64,000 nucleotides of DNA from Nitrospirota bacterium. Its GTDB lineage: Bacteria; Nitrospirota; Thermodesulfovibrionia; UBA6902. The position numbers and the translations under genes were made by a program. The stretch is from the NCBI GenBank assembly GCA_016208905.1, contig JACQXG010000039.1, positions 3,439 to 67,438 on the forward strand, in the 5' to 3' direction. The notes below the pieces were generated by a model that saw only the letters and a list, made by a program, of their open reading frames with translations, had not been told where the DNA came from and ran no database searches. This document shows positions 37,469-48,935 of the stretch, in pieces. Every line of letters begins with the position of its first letter. Within the stretch, counting starts at the first letter, position 1.

Positions 37469-39427
37469 ATGGATCGTATTAAACTGCATATTGAGCCGAA
37501 CACTTGCAACCGGGATGAGACAACCTGCTCCTGCTGTGCTGCTGATATGTTCGTAGAAAAACCTCCCTTCTGGAAACGCCGGAAGTTAATTACCGGAGGC
37601 GCTGCCGGTTTGCTTATGGTCGCTGCCCTTATTATTAATGTATTCACATCCCTTGATATCGCCGCTCAATTTATGTATGTCATTGTAGTGGCTGTTGCCG
37701 GAAAGGAAATCCTGTTGAAGGCATTCCGCTCGGCGCTGAAACGGCGTCTGGACATGAACTGTCTCATGAGTCTTGCCGCCTTCGGGGCCTTTTTCATAGG
37801 CCATGGCGAGGAAGGCGCTGCGGTGATTTTCCTTTTCTTTATTGCTGAGAGCCTGGAAGAGTACGCTGCTGACAAGGCAAAACAGTCAATAAGTCAGCTG
37901 CTGAGTCTGGCGCCGGAAACAGCGAAAGTAAAGAGAGGAGGCGGCGAAATAGAGATGCACACACATGAAATCAATGTGGGAGATATCATCGTCATCAGAC
38001 CAGGAGAAAAAGTACCTCTGGATGCGAAAGTTGTAAACGGTCATTCATATGTTAACGAAGCGCCTATTACCGGAGAATCGGTCCCCGCAGAGAAAGCAGG
38101 CGGTGACAGGGTTTATGCCGGGACTCTAAACGAAGAAGGCTATCTTGAGGCTGAGGTCACAAAAAAAGCGGACGACACCGTGCTCTCCAGGATTGTAAAA
38201 CTTGTCGAGGAAGCCGAGAGGAAAAAATCAAAGACCGAAAAGTTCATAGATAAATTTGCGCGTATATATACTCCGGCGGTGATCAGCCTGGCCTTTGCCG
38301 CCTTTCTTATCCCGACCTTTATTCTGGGGCTTCCCTGGGACGTATGGCTCTACCGTGCATTAGTGCTGCTCGTTATATCCTGTCCGTGCGCCCTCGCAAT
38401 ATCAACACCTGTCGCAATGGTATCAGCTATAACCTGCGCCGCAAGGCACGGCGTACTTATTAAAGGAGCAACGTTTATTGAGGAGCTGAGTAAAATAAAG
38501 GCCTTTGCGTTCGACAAGACCGGCACGCTGACAAAAGGCAGGCTGGAAGTTACCGACATAATCGGCTTAAACGGCAATTCTCCGGAGAGTGTCCTGGCTA
38601 TCGCTGCGTCGCTGGAGTCACGTTCAGGACATCCCATTGCAAAGGCAATTCTTAATAAGGCCGCGGGGGAAGGGACAAACCCGAAAGAAATTACTTCCTT
38701 CAAATCAATTCAGGGAAAGGGCCTGAGGGCTGAAATCAACGGAACAGTGTATTACGCGGGGGCAAAGAACCTTTTTGATGAATTGTCCATAAAAGTGCCG
38801 GATGAATTATCTCGCTTTGAATCAGAAGGTAAGACCTCAATCCTTATCTCGAATGAAGACGCGGGCGTAGGGATTATCGCTCTAGGCGATAAAATTCGGG
38901 ACAAAACCCCCGCGACAATATCAGACCTTAAGAAGTTACATATCAGGACTGAAATGCTCACGGGCGATAATAAAGAAGTTGCCGCCGCACTGGCAAAAAT
39001 GACTGGGGTTGATGAATATTACGCGGAGCTTTTACCTGAAGACAAGGTAATAGTCGTCGAAAAACTCGCCAGGAGATTCGGCTCCGTAGCCATGGTCGGT
39101 GATGGAGTTAACGATGCCCCTTCCCTTGCCGCTGCCAACGTGGGCATAGCCATGGGGACTGCCGGTTCCGACGTAGCAATAGAAACCGCGGACATAGCTT
39201 TAATGCATGATGACCTGTCAAAAATAGATTATCTTATCCATTTAAGCAAAAAAACCATGCGTATAGTTAAGCAGAATATTATGGTCTCAATCATTATTAA
39301 GGGCAGCTTAACGGTCCTGGCAATTCCGGGTTTTATTAATCTCTGGATCGCTGTCGGTATCGGCGATATGGGACTGAGTCTTGCGGTTATTTTAAATGCG
39401 ATAAGGTTGACCAGGGTAAGGGACTGA
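37469..39427 (+). CDS. heavy-metal (Cd/Zn/Pb-type) P1B-type ATPase
   Basis: Has a CPC TM motif, DKTGTLT and GDGVNDAP, and a Cys-rich N-terminus. Confidence 0.9.
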   Translation: MDRIKLHIEPNTCNRDETTCSCCAADMFVEKPPFWKRRKLITGGAAGLLMVAALIINVFTSLDIAAQFMYVIVVAVAGKEILLKAFRSALKRRLDMNCLMSLAAFGAFFIGHGEEGAAVIFLFFIAESLEEYAADKAKQSISQLLSLAPETAKVKRGGGEIEMHTHEINVGDIIVIRPGEKVPLDAKVVNGHSYVNEAPITGESVPAEKAGGDRVYAGTLNEEGYLEAEVTKKADDTVLSRIVKLVEEAERKKSKTEKFIDKFARIYTPAVISLAFAAFLIPTFILGLPWDVWLYRALVLLVISCPCALAISTPVAMVSAITCAARHGVLIKGATFIEELSKIKAFAFDKTGTLTKGRLEVTDIIGLNGNSPESVLAIAASLESRSGHPIAKAILNKAAGEGTNPKEITSFKSIQGKGLRAEINGTVYYAGAKNLFDELSIKVPDELSRFESEGKTSILISNEDAGVGIIALGDKIRDKTPATISDLKKLHIRTEMLTGDNKEVAAALAKMTGVDEYYAELLPEDKVIVVEKLARRFGSVAMVGDGVNDAPSLAAANVGIAMGTAGSDVAIETADIALMHDDLSKIDYLIHLSKKTMRIVKQNIMVSIIIKGSLTVLAIPGFINLWIAVGIGDMGLSLAVILNAIRLTRVRD

Positions 39428-39660
39428 CATTAAGACAGCATAGCCCCCGGTCTTATTATGTGTTCATAAGTTTTTCATAATTGATTCATTATAATATTTC
39501 CTGGAAAAAGGGAAATTAAAAAATTATGGCGTTTGAGTAATAATATGTCCATGTAGCCTGTAATTTCAGAAACAGCAGGATAAATTCCTCTTTGAGATAT
39601 GGCCTGCCTGACATTGACTTCAAGAATCATGAAACGCTATAGTTAAAATCGGAGGTTTTT

Positions 39661-41100
39661 TTGGAAGAGAAAGAAAAGAAAGATATATTTGAATCAGTAT
39701 GGAAGTTTCTGGCTTCGGTCAAGCTTGCCATTTTTGTATTGATTACATTAGCCGTATCCTCAATTGTGGGGACAATTGTTGAGCAGAAGGCTGAACCGGC
39801 CCAGAACATAGCCCTCCTTGCCAAGTTTTTCGGGGACTCAGCTGCCCCGACTGTTTATAACATATTCGCAAAACTCGGTTTTATGGACATGTACGGTTCA
39901 TGGTGGTTTACTGCTTTTCTGGTAGTATTCAGCATTAATCTGATTGTTTGTTCAATCGACCGCTTTCCCAAAACATGGCGCCTCATTCAAACACCGCAAA
40001 AACCGTTGTCTGATACTGCGATAAAATCCATGCCTGTTAAAAAAGAACTGACGTTAAAGACGGGCGTTAATGTAGCCAGGGATGAATTTTTGAACATACT
40101 TAAGGCATCCAGATACCGTGTTTTTGAGGCCTCAGAACCTGATTCTGTCCGGCTTTACACTCAAAAAGGCAAGTATGCGCGGCTGGCAGTTTATGTTGTT
40201 CACCTGAGCATAATTTTGATTTTCATAGGGGCAATAATTGGTATAAGGTTCGGCTTTAAGGGATATTTAAATCTGCCTGAAGGCCGCACTTCAACCATCG
40301 CATATGAATCCCCCACTAAACAGATTCCTCTTGATTTTGCGGTAAAGTGTAACTGGTATGATACGCAATATTACGAAGGGATAGACACCCCAAGGGAATT
40401 TCAGAGTGAACTGGTTATTATTGAAAACGGGAAGGAAGTACTTAAAAAGGTCATTGAAGTTAATGACCCGCTTACATATAAGGGTATCACATTTTACCAG
40501 GCGAGTTACGGTATGATGCCTGAGGCAGCGGGATATTTTGTCCTGGATGTTACTCCAAATGGGGGTCAGGAAAAAAGGCTGTGGCTGAAAAACGGAGACT
40601 CCTTTGAAATACCAGGGACAGGCATAACAGGTAGAATTTATGATTTTTCACCGGCCCTTACACGCAATCCAATGACAGGTAAATTAACTACTTATTCCGA
40701 TAGTATGGTCAACCCGGGGTTGGCTATTGAATTCGATCAGCCCGGCAGGGACAAATTTATCGGATGGATATTGAAACGTTATCCGGACACGGGGCTGATC
40801 CCCGGCGGGCATTCAGTCAAATTTGTGGATTACTGGGGTGTCGAATACACGGGACTCCAGGTTGCAAAAGATCCCGGGGTATGGCTCATCTATATCGCCT
40901 CTGTAATTATGACTGTTGGTTTATATGTATGCTTTTTTGTAAGCAATAAAAAAATATGGATAAATATTATTGACGATAATAAATCCGTCAATGTTATTAT
41001 TGGAGGCTCGACCAATAGAAACAGGCTTAATTTTGAACAGGAAATCGACAGAATCTTATCTCATGCAACACAAGCTATAGAAGGAAGGAGTAACAAATGA
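39661..41100 (+). CDS. resB: cytochrome c biogenesis protein ResB/CcsB (system II)
   Basis: The N-terminus WKFLASVKLAIFVLITLAVSSIVGT is typical of ResB. Confidence 0.8.
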   Translation: MEEKEKKDIFESVWKFLASVKLAIFVLITLAVSSIVGTIVEQKAEPAQNIALLAKFFGDSAAPTVYNIFAKLGFMDMYGSWWFTAFLVVFSINLIVCSIDRFPKTWRLIQTPQKPLSDTAIKSMPVKKELTLKTGVNVARDEFLNILKASRYRVFEASEPDSVRLYTQKGKYARLAVYVVHLSIILIFIGAIIGIRFGFKGYLNLPEGRTSTIAYESPTKQIPLDFAVKCNWYDTQYYEGIDTPREFQSELVIIENGKEVLKKVIEVNDPLTYKGITFYQASYGMMPEAAGYFVLDVTPNGGQEKRLWLKNGDSFEIPGTGITGRIYDFSPALTRNPMTGKLTTYSDSMVNPGLAIEFDQPGRDKFIGWILKRYPDTGLIPGGHSVKFVDYWGVEYTGLQVAKDPGVWLIYIASVIMTVGLYVCFFVSNKKIWINIIDDNKSVNVIIGGSTNRNRLNFEQEIDRILSHATQAIEGRSNK

Positions 41101-42203
41101 GCAGCTCTATCTTTTTTGATATATCGGCAGGCGCATATATTGTCGCAATGATTACCTATGTGATTTATCTTGTCGTCAAAAATAATACTACGGGCATAAT
41201 TGCCACTACTCTTACAATATTCGGGTTTGTCAGCCAGAGCACAGCGCTGATTATCAGATGGATTAATTCTTACCACTTCTGGTTGTCCGGCAATCCAACA
41301 TCAGGAGTTATCGAGTCACTATTGAGATCAGCTCCTCTGAGGAACCTTTATGAGTCGCTTGTCTTCTTTATATGGTCTCTGATATTGATCCATCTTTTTA
41401 TTGAGTTCAAATATAAAAACCGTTCTCTCGGAGCTTTTGTTACGCCTATTGCCGCGCTTGCCTTGCTCTTTATAGATATATCAGGCACCTCAAAGGAGAT
41501 TCAGCCTTTGATACCGGCATTGCAGTCAAACTGGCTGCTCTTTCATGTGCTGTTGAGTTTCCTTGGTTATGCCGCATTCGGGGTATCTTTCGGGGCCGCT
41601 TCAGCATATCTTGTAATGGTCACAGAATCAAAAACAGAGAAAACATATATCTTCTGGAGCATCATAACCAGCATCTTCCTGATAGTCCTTATTGGTATGG
41701 GCATTGACTTTCTAAGCCTGTCAACCGCGGAGCGCGCTGAATTAATACAGAACCATTTTCTTAAGACCACTCTCAGGAGTCCATCAGGAGGGGTGGCTGC
41801 GATAAGCTGGGTAGTGTCCATTGCTTTTATGTTTGTTATATGGCAAGTCGGCCACGGGCTTAAGAAGGTGCTTACAGGTCTTAACCTTACGCCAATCATG
41901 CTTGATGAAATAGCATATAAGAGCATAGCTGTAGGATTCCCCTTGTTTACCATAGGCGGCCTTATCATGGGCGCTATATGGGCAAACAGCGCATGGGGCA
42001 AATACTGGACCTGGGACCCGAAAGAAACATGGTCACTCATAACATGGTTTGTTTATGCGCTTTACCTGCACGCCCGCTTCGTAGCCGGCTGGAAAGGGAA
42101 ACGGGTGGCAATCCTTGCAGTCGTCGGTTTTGTGGCGGTAATCTTCACATATCTCGGAGTCAACCTTGTTCTGTCAGGACTTCATGCTTATGGAAGCGGA
42201 TAG
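41097..42203 (+). CDS. ccsA: cytochrome c biogenesis protein CcsA (system II heme handling)
   Basis: Has a WWD-like domain W-x-WDPKETWSLITW. Confidence 0.8.
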   Translation: MSSSIFFDISAGAYIVAMITYVIYLVVKNNTTGIIATTLTIFGFVSQSTALIIRWINSYHFWLSGNPTSGVIESLLRSAPLRNLYESLVFFIWSLILIHLFIEFKYKNRSLGAFVTPIAALALLFIDISGTSKEIQPLIPALQSNWLLFHVLLSFLGYAAFGVSFGAASAYLVMVTESKTEKTYIFWSIITSIFLIVLIGMGIDFLSLSTAERAELIQNHFLKTTLRSPSGGVAAISWVVSIAFMFVIWQVGHGLKKVLTGLNLTPIMLDEIAYKSIAVGFPLFTIGGLIMGAIWANSAWGKYWTWDPKETWSLITWFVYALYLHARFVAGWKGKRVAILAVVGFVAVIFTYLGVNLVLSGLHAYGSG

Positions 42204-42267
42204 GATGGCTGCAAGTTTAATTTAATTAACTCTCCCTGATTGCCGGGGTGTATAAATTGATGATTGT

Positions 42268-42600
42268 ATGACAACAGTTATTAACCTCAATATTCTGAAT
42301 TTCTTCCGTTTAAAGCTCAATAAGTTTACGGTTAATAATGTTCAGTTAAATGCTCAGCTTCCATATAGAAGACAGGATACTCAGGCGGAGAGGGAAGATG
42401 TTATTGATGTAACCCCTTACAGTAACGTAGTGGCAGACAATGAGGGTATTAATAGAACAGGTATAAATTATCCTGTCAGTCCGTATCGCCATGCTGAGGT
42501 TGTAAAGGGATCTGATGTAATTGACAAAACATATGACCGTATGGGTAATAAGATTCAGTGCTGTCATCCAAAAGGCACGCACATAGATTCATACGCTTAA
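42268..42600 (+). CDS. hypothetical protein
   Basis: ORF only, with no recognisable motifs. Confidence 0.25.
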   Translation: MTTVINLNILNFFRLKLNKFTVNNVQLNAQLPYRRQDTQAEREDVIDVTPYSNVVADNEGINRTGINYPVSPYRHAEVVKGSDVIDKTYDRMGNKIQCCHPKGTHIDSYA

Positions 42601-42667
42601 ATCAGGAATGAGTTAATCTTCATCGGAAACTTATCAGGGAATCTTCTAAAAAATAATAAAAACCGCG

Positions 42668-43045
42668 TTACTGTTTTTCTTTTGCAGGCTGAGGGGCTGC
42701 TTCCTGTACCTCACCCTGTCCCGGTGCTGCAGGCTGTTCCTGAACAGGCCCTGTTGCTTTATCAGCAAGAGGTTTTGCGGGGGATTCCTTAACTGGCGCT
42801 GAAGACATAATGGAAGTCTTCTTGATTGTGAAAATTGCAAGTGTAAGTGAAGTGAGCATGAATAAAATAGCTGCAACGGTCGTCATTTTACTGAGAAAGG
42901 TTGCAGCGCCTCTGCTGCCGAAAAGGGTCTGGCTTGAACCTCCGAATGCAGCGCCCATTTCAGCGCCTTTACTGCTCTGAATCAGGATTATGAAGATTAA
43001 AAAGAGGCAGACTATCAAGTGAATAATAACTATTGCTGTATACAT
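42668..43045 (-). CDS. secG: preprotein translocase subunit SecG, with a Pro/Gln/Ala-rich C-terminal tail
   Basis: [27 protein letters not shown] is the SecG signature. It sits downstream of tpiA, a conserved pairing. Confidence 0.85.
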   Translation of the reverse strand: MYTAIVIIHLIVCLFLIFIILIQSSKGAEMGAAFGGSSQTLFGSRGAATFLSKMTTVAAILFMLTSLTLAIFTIKKTSIMSSAPVKESPAKPLADKATGPVQEQPAAPGQGEVQEAAPQPAKEKQ

Positions 43046-43058
43046 AATATTTCCTTTT

Positions 43059-43805
43059 TTATTTTATTCTCGCGCTTAATACAAGCTTGGCAAAACTGTC
43101 AGGTTTGAGACTCGCGCCTCCGACAAGGGCTCCGTCCACTTCCGGCTGTGACATAAGAGATTCGATATTGTCGGGAGTAACACTGCCGCCATACTGTATT
43201 CGAACAGCATCGGCGCCTTCTTTGTACTTCATCAACCATTCCCGAATATATGTATGTGCCTCGTTTGCCTGCTCCTTTGTAGCTGTTTTTCCTGTCCCGA
43301 TTGCCCATATAGGCTCATAAGCGATGGTCATCCCATCAAGCGGCATGTCTTTCAGAGAACCGGCAAGCTGCATGTCCAATACTTCAAATGTCTTGTCAGC
43401 TTCCCTTTCCTCCAAAGACTCTCCTATACAAAGAATGACATCAAGGCCGCTTTTTCTGGCAATCTTAATTTTCCTGTTTACGATATCATCGGTTTCAGAA
43501 AAATACTGCCTTCTCTCAGAATGTCCTATAATTACACTGGAACATCCGGCGGACTTGAGCATCCCAGGAGATATTTCACCGGTATAAGCCCCTTTTTCCT
43601 CATAAAAGATATTTTGAGCAGCCAGAATTACATTAGATGACTTAAGAAGCCTGGATGCTGCTCCTAAAGATGTGAAGGGCGCTGCAATCGAAATATCGAC
43701 ATCTGAAACATCGTTAACCAGGGGAAGGAAAGAGTTAATGAACTCTTCTGTCTCCTCAATGGTTTTATTCATCTTCCAGTTTGCTGCTATATATGGTTTG
43801 CGCAT
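43059..43805 (-). CDS. tpiA: triosephosphate isomerase
   Basis: Has [15 protein letters not shown]. Confidence 0.95.
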   Translation of the reverse strand: MRKPYIAANWKMNKTIEETEEFINSFLPLVNDVSDVDISIAAPFTSLGAASRLLKSSNVILAAQNIFYEEKGAYTGEISPGMLKSAGCSSVIIGHSERRQYFSETDDIVNRKIKIARKSGLDVILCIGESLEEREADKTFEVLDMQLAGSLKDMPLDGMTIAYEPIWAIGTGKTATKEQANEAHTYIREWLMKYKEGADAVRIQYGGSVTPDNIESLMSQPEVDGALVGGASLKPDSFAKLVLSARIK

Positions 43806-43865
43806 AACGGATAATTTAGTTGAATTTGACCCTTAAAGTCAAGGTCGGGTAAAAGTCGACAAGCA

Positions 43866-45167
43866 TTACGCCCTTCCGATGGAATAATATTTGAAACCCA
43901 GTTTAGATAATCTCTCGGACTCATATATGTTGCGCAGGTCAAAGAAAAATTTATCTTTTACAAGCTTCTTTATCCTGTTGAGGTCCAGGTTCCTGAACTG
44001 GTTCCATTCAGTGACTATTACCACTGCCTCAGCTCCTTTTGCGGCATCATATACATCCTTGCAAAATGTAACTTTCGGGAGGACTTCTTTGGCGTCCTGC
44101 ATGGCAACCGGATCAAATGCCCTGACTTTGGCCCCTGCATCTAACAGTTTGTTAATAATGAAAAGAGATGGTGCGTCCCTGATGTCATTAGTATTTGGCT
44201 TGAATGAAAGGCCGAGAATGCATATGGTCTTTCCCTTTGGCTTTTCCAATACGCTTAAAATTTTTTCAGCAGCCTTTTCTTTTTGAAATTCATTGGCCTT
44301 TACTGTTGCTGAAATAATTCCCATATTGACGTTGTTTTCTTTCCCTATCTGTAAAAGGGCAAGTGTGTCTTTTGGAAAACAGGAGCCGCCGTAGCCGGGG
44401 CCCGCGTGGAGGAATTTCGGGCCGATCCTTCGGTCGAGTCCCATCCCCTTTGCAACTGTCTGAACATTTGCCCCTACTACTTCGCAGAGATTGGCGAGTT
44501 CATTGATAAAAGAAATTTTTGTGGCCAGAAACGCATTAGATGCGTATTTGATGAGTTCCGCGGTTTTAACATCTGTAATTACGATAGGGGTTTCAATAAG
44601 ATAAAGAGGTCTGTAAAGATCTTTCATAATGGCAGTTGCCTGATCGCTTGAGGCGCCGATTACAATTCTGTTTGGCCTCATGAAGTCCTCAATACCTGCG
44701 CCCTCTCTCAGAAACTCAGGATTGGAAACAACATCGAAGTCTGTATTTTCCTTCAGGTTTTTTGAAATTATGTTTCGGACTTTCTCGCCGGTGCCTACCG
44801 GGACAGTACTTTTTGTTACGATTACTTTATAGCTGTTAATATGTTTTGCCATTTCTTTTGCAACACCTTCAACATACTTCATGTCTGCAGAGCCGTCGCC
44901 GCGGGGAGGAGTCCCGACTGCTATAAAAATAACGAGTGAGGAATCCACGGCATCAGCGATGTTTGATGTGAAGTGCATACGTCCTGCTTTAATATTTCTT
45001 TGCATTAACTCTTCAAGGCCGGGCTCATAAAATGGCACAACACCTTTTTTTAACGACTTTATTTTTTTTGTGTCATTATCCACACAGGTGACATTGATTC
45101 CAAACTCTGCAAAGCACGCGCCTGTAATTAGTCCGACATAACCGCTTCCAATAACAGATATATTCAT
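43866..45167 (-). CDS. nucleotide-sugar dehydrogenase (UDP-glucose 6-dehydrogenase family)
   Basis: MNISVIGSGYVGL Rossmann start, GGSCFPKD catalytic Cys. Confidence 0.85.
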   Translation of the reverse strand: MNISVIGSGYVGLITGACFAEFGINVTCVDNDTKKIKSLKKGVVPFYEPGLEELMQRNIKAGRMHFTSNIADAVDSSLVIFIAVGTPPRGDGSADMKYVEGVAKEMAKHINSYKVIVTKSTVPVGTGEKVRNIISKNLKENTDFDVVSNPEFLREGAGIEDFMRPNRIVIGASSDQATAIMKDLYRPLYLIETPIVITDVKTAELIKYASNAFLATKISFINELANLCEVVGANVQTVAKGMGLDRRIGPKFLHAGPGYGGSCFPKDTLALLQIGKENNVNMGIISATVKANEFQKEKAAEKILSVLEKPKGKTICILGLSFKPNTNDIRDAPSLFIINKLLDAGAKVRAFDPVAMQDAKEVLPKVTFCKDVYDAAKGAEAVVIVTEWNQFRNLDLNRIKKLVKDKFFFDLRNIYESERLSKLGFKYYSIGRA

Positions 45168-45318
45168 TTTACCTCCTCAGATGAGTGACAACTACTGATT
45201 AACGCATTATTTTATATGGAAATATTCTTTTTGGCAAATTGGAAGTAAATACGGGCAAAAATACCGGGATCATCATAATAAGGGAAAACTTTTTGAAGAT
45301 AACGGGCCTCAATCGTAT

Positions 45319-46101
45319 TTAATAATCTCCTTCCACCAGCACAGCCGAAAAATGACCGATGACAGCTTTGCTTTTTAAAAGTACAGGAAGTTTCTTGTCA
45401 TCATCAGTTGCCCAGATAGTAATGTCTCCGGTCTTCGGGAAAATCCCTTCTGATTTAATAATAGGTTTAATAACTATTGTGTCGAAGTCACCCGCAGGCA
45501 CACTGATCCTTTCTTTCCTCAGTACCTGCACTTCGGTCTTCCAGAGTTTCTTGCTGTCAAAAATATCAATATAAGCAGGCTGTCCTGTTTTCAGGTCCCA
45601 CTTTGTCATTTCATAAAAGGCTGACAGGGGATCATACGCGGGATTGTCAAAATAGAACTCCTCAATTTCTTCATCCAGTATATTATGATATATGATTTTC
45701 AGGGGTTTGCCGTCAATTTTTCTTTCGAAATATGTGACCTTATCTCTTTTGTGGCGTCCCTTCTGCACCTTTAAAATAAATTTTTTAGGATATCCGTCAG
45801 GATAAAGTATGCTTTCCGTAATATCGTCAACTTCATAGAAAAGAGAAATCAGCGGGGCCGAGGTCGCATGGGTTTTTATTGTTATACCTTCCGGTGTGCT
45901 GTTATACTCCAATACTGCCTCACCGGCCTTTATCCCGGACCAGTATATGTAATAAACAAATCTTTTATTGACTGTCTGGCCGGCTTCAACGGAGAAAGGG
46001 GAGACAGAAGAAAGAACACAGAGTACAGAGCACAGATTCAGGATTATAACGAATATTCTTGCTTGCATGTATTTTGAATTCCGGATGCAGGGCTTTCTCA
46101 T
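45319..46101 (-). CDS. secreted hypothetical protein, possibly DUF3108, adjacent to LPS core genes
   Basis: A signal peptide follows the internal Met at about 46068. The family is a guess from context. Confidence 0.35.
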   Translation of the reverse strand: MRKPCIRNSKYMQARIFVIILNLCSVLCVLSSVSPFSVEAGQTVNKRFVYYIYWSGIKAGEAVLEYNSTPEGITIKTHATSAPLISLFYEVDDITESILYPDGYPKKFILKVQKGRHKRDKVTYFERKIDGKPLKIIYHNILDEEIEEFYFDNPAYDPLSAFYEMTKWDLKTGQPAYIDIFDSKKLWKTEVQVLRKERISVPAGDFDTIVIKPIIKSEGIFPKTGDITIWATDDDKKLPVLLKSKAVIGHFSAVLVEGDY

Positions 46102-47162
46102 AAATACTCTCTTATGGCCTCATAGACGGACTCAACGCTTATGTTCTTCATGCAGATGAATTCTCCACATTTCTTTCTGCGGCACGGACTGCACGGGACA
46201 TCTGCCTTAATTACCTTTAGATTTCTGTTTGTCTGCCATCCGTAAGGCCCGGTTTTTAAAGGGTCCGTAGGACCGAAGAGGGCAATTGCAGGTATATCAA
46301 GCGCCGCCGCAATATGCAATGGACCGGAATCATTGCTGACAACTGCCTTTGCGCCGGCAATCAAGGCAGTCAGTTCTTTTAAATCAGTCTTACCGCACAG
46401 GTCAATTATTATATTTTTCCCTTTAAGATTTGAATTTTTGATTTTTGTCGTCTGTGTTCTTTGCTCTGCGCTCTGAATTCTGTCTTCTATTATTTCCTGA
46501 GCTATTTCTTTATCACCTTTACTGCCGGTAATAACACACGGGATGGATATTTTTTTCATAAGCGAAGCAAAATTTTCAGAAGGCCATCTCTTGGTAAGCC
46601 ATCTGGCTGACGGCACGATAACAATGTATTCGTCTATATCTCCCAAAAGCTTTTTTGTTTTGTCCTTTACTGCCTGACTTATATGCAGAGGGAAATCTGC
46701 TTTCCCGACTTTAGCGCCGATTTCCCGCGCAATCTCAAGGCACTTGTCTACCGCGTGATGAGATTTATTTGCTGAAATTTTTTTGTCGTAAAAATATCGG
46801 CTTCCCTCACGCGCATTTGCAAAACCGATCTTTAAATTTGTCTTTGCAGAATAAGTTATAAGACCGCTTCTCAAAAGACCCTGCAGATCCACTACAATAT
46901 CGTAGCTCTTTGACTTTAAAGTTTTTCTTAAAGATGAAATATCCGAAAAAGTTTTGTGAATGTTTTTAATATTTTTCCAGGCATCCTTATTGAAGATGAT
47001 AAGTTCATTGATGAGGGGATTATCTTCTAAAATCCCTTTCAAATTTTTACTTATTACCCAGTCTATCTGTGCCTTGGGAAAGGTGTCTTTTACGGCCTTT
47101 AAAAAAGGCAGTGCATGAATTACATCTCCCAGTGAACTGGGTTTTATGACCAGTATTTTCAT
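46098..47162 (-). CDS. LPS heptosyltransferase (GT9)
   Basis: Has MKILVIKPSSLGDVIHALP, the GT9 N-terminal signature. Confidence 0.8.
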   Translation of the reverse strand: MKILVIKPSSLGDVIHALPFLKAVKDTFPKAQIDWVISKNLKGILEDNPLINELIIFNKDAWKNIKNIHKTFSDISSLRKTLKSKSYDIVVDLQGLLRSGLITYSAKTNLKIGFANAREGSRYFYDKKISANKSHHAVDKCLEIAREIGAKVGKADFPLHISQAVKDKTKKLLGDIDEYIVIVPSARWLTKRWPSENFASLMKKISIPCVITGSKGDKEIAQEIIEDRIQSAEQRTQTTKIKNSNLKGKNIIIDLCGKTDLKELTALIAGAKAVVSNDSGPLHIAAALDIPAIALFGPTDPLKTGPYGWQTNRNLKVIKADVPCSPCRRKKCGEFICMKNISVESVYEAIREYL

Positions 47163-48736
47163 TTTACAGACTTCTCATGCGCCAATATCCACTTAACGGC
47201 ATCATTTAAATCTTTTGCAATATAAGAAGCGCAGGTGTTTTCAAAAAGCGGTGTCGAAGACAACAAAATTCCGTTTGAGCGGATTTTTTTTGCAAGAAGC
47301 ACGTCGGATTCTTTATCACCTATCACATAGGTGGTTTTAAAATCTATCTTGTGTTTAAGCTTTGCTTTGAGCGGCAGCACGGATCCAGGCTTTCTGCAGA
47401 GGCACTGTTCATCAGGATGGTGAGGGCAATAGTAAAAATCATCTATCCCCAATTCTTTCTTAAGATATTCATTTGATTGTTGCACAAACTTTTCATCAAC
47501 AATTCCCCTTGCGATGCCTGACTGGTTTGTTATACCGATGAGTTTAAAGCCCGCCTCTTTCAATTTCTTCAGACTGCCCTTAACGCCTCGCAAAATCACG
47601 AGATCATCAAAACTGTTCAGATAGTTTTTATCTTCGATGATCGTCCCGTCTTTATCCAAAAAAACGGCTTTATTTACAGGAAGCGTTTTCTTGACAGCAT
47701 TAAAAACTTCATCGGCGGTCATATCTGTCATACAATTCAGATGTCCTTCGGGGCATTCCCTCTTCATGCAAGGCGCGCACGGCAGGTCTTTAGTAATAAT
47801 AGTATGACCTTCTCCAAAAGGCCCGGTAGTCGTTTTGTTAGTTGAACCGAATATGGCAACTATCGGCACAAGCAGCGCTGAAGCCATATGCATTGGACCC
47901 GAGTCATTGGTTATAAAAATATCACATTCAGATATCAGGGCAGCCAGCTCCCGGAGATTTGTTTTTCCCGACATTACCAATATGCGTGATCCGTATTTTT
48001 CCATTTTCAGTTTAATTTTAAGTTTATTGATTTCTGTAATAATTTCATCCGCTATTTCAACCTCTGAAGGGCCGCCGAATATAATGACCCGTCCGTTTAA
48101 TTCGTTGATTATCTTGATTATCAAATCAGCGAACCGGTCAGGCAGCCATCTTTTGGCAGATCCATATGTGGCGCCGGGATTGACTCCGATCAACGGGCCG
48201 TTATCAGTGGAGAAATAGGAAGAAAGCAGATTTCCTGCCCTTTGTCTTTCATTATCAGACAAATAAATATAAGGTTGTGTATCTGAACTTTCAATGCCTG
48301 CTGACTTGAGGAGATTCAGGTAATAATAGACCTGATGTTGTTCGAGGATATCTTTTTCAACGGTAATCGCTTTTGTTAACAGGAAACCCCTAGTGTCTCT
48401 TTTATATCCGATCCGTTCGGGTATACCTGAAAGCCAGGCAATGAGGGCTGCATCAAAGGCATTCTGAAGGAGTATTGCCATATCGAATTTATATTGTCTT
48501 AATTTTTTTACAAGTTTAACCTTTCCCGAGAATCCGCTGAAACTGTCTTCATAAAGGATAATTTCGTTGATATCAGGACTGTCTTTGAATATTTCTGAAA
48601 CCCATGGTTTTACAAGCAGGCTTATATGAGCATCCGGGAATGCATGGCGAATCGACCTGATTGCAGGGATTGTAAGAACCGCATCCCCTATCCAATTTAC
48701 TCCCCGTATCAAGATTTTTAATGATTGTTTGTCCAC
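47159..48736 (-). CDS. bifunctional GT9 heptosyltransferase / D,D-heptose 1,7-bisphosphate phosphatase (GmhB) fusion
   Basis: The N-terminus reads LKILIRGVNWIGDAVLTIPA (GT9). The C-terminus has VFLDKDGTII (HAD DxD) and a CPHHPDEQCLC GmhB zinc motif. Confidence 0.75.
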   Translation of the reverse strand: MDKQSLKILIRGVNWIGDAVLTIPAIRSIRHAFPDAHISLLVKPWVSEIFKDSPDINEIILYEDSFSGFSGKVKLVKKLRQYKFDMAILLQNAFDAALIAWLSGIPERIGYKRDTRGFLLTKAITVEKDILEQHQVYYYLNLLKSAGIESSDTQPYIYLSDNERQRAGNLLSSYFSTDNGPLIGVNPGATYGSAKRWLPDRFADLIIKIINELNGRVIIFGGPSEVEIADEIITEINKLKIKLKMEKYGSRILVMSGKTNLRELAALISECDIFITNDSGPMHMASALLVPIVAIFGSTNKTTTGPFGEGHTIITKDLPCAPCMKRECPEGHLNCMTDMTADEVFNAVKKTLPVNKAVFLDKDGTIIEDKNYLNSFDDLVILRGVKGSLKKLKEAGFKLIGITNQSGIARGIVDEKFVQQSNEYLKKELGIDDFYYCPHHPDEQCLCRKPGSVLPLKAKLKHKIDFKTTYVIGDKESDVLLAKKIRSNGILLSSTPLFENTCASYIAKDLNDAVKWILAHEKSVK

Positions 48737-48935
48737 AACAAATCCAGTTGATTAAATATTATTTGCAGATTTTATTATATAGAGATTTTAGATATTATAA
48801 CTATTTCAGCAAAGGATGAAATGCGCTAGATCCTGGGCCGGATAAGATTCAGCACATTTCTCAGAATGACAAGGAGAGGGCTCTTGCATAATACATAGAA
48901 GCAGCAAATGATAACCAAGGGGTCTATTGCCTGCC

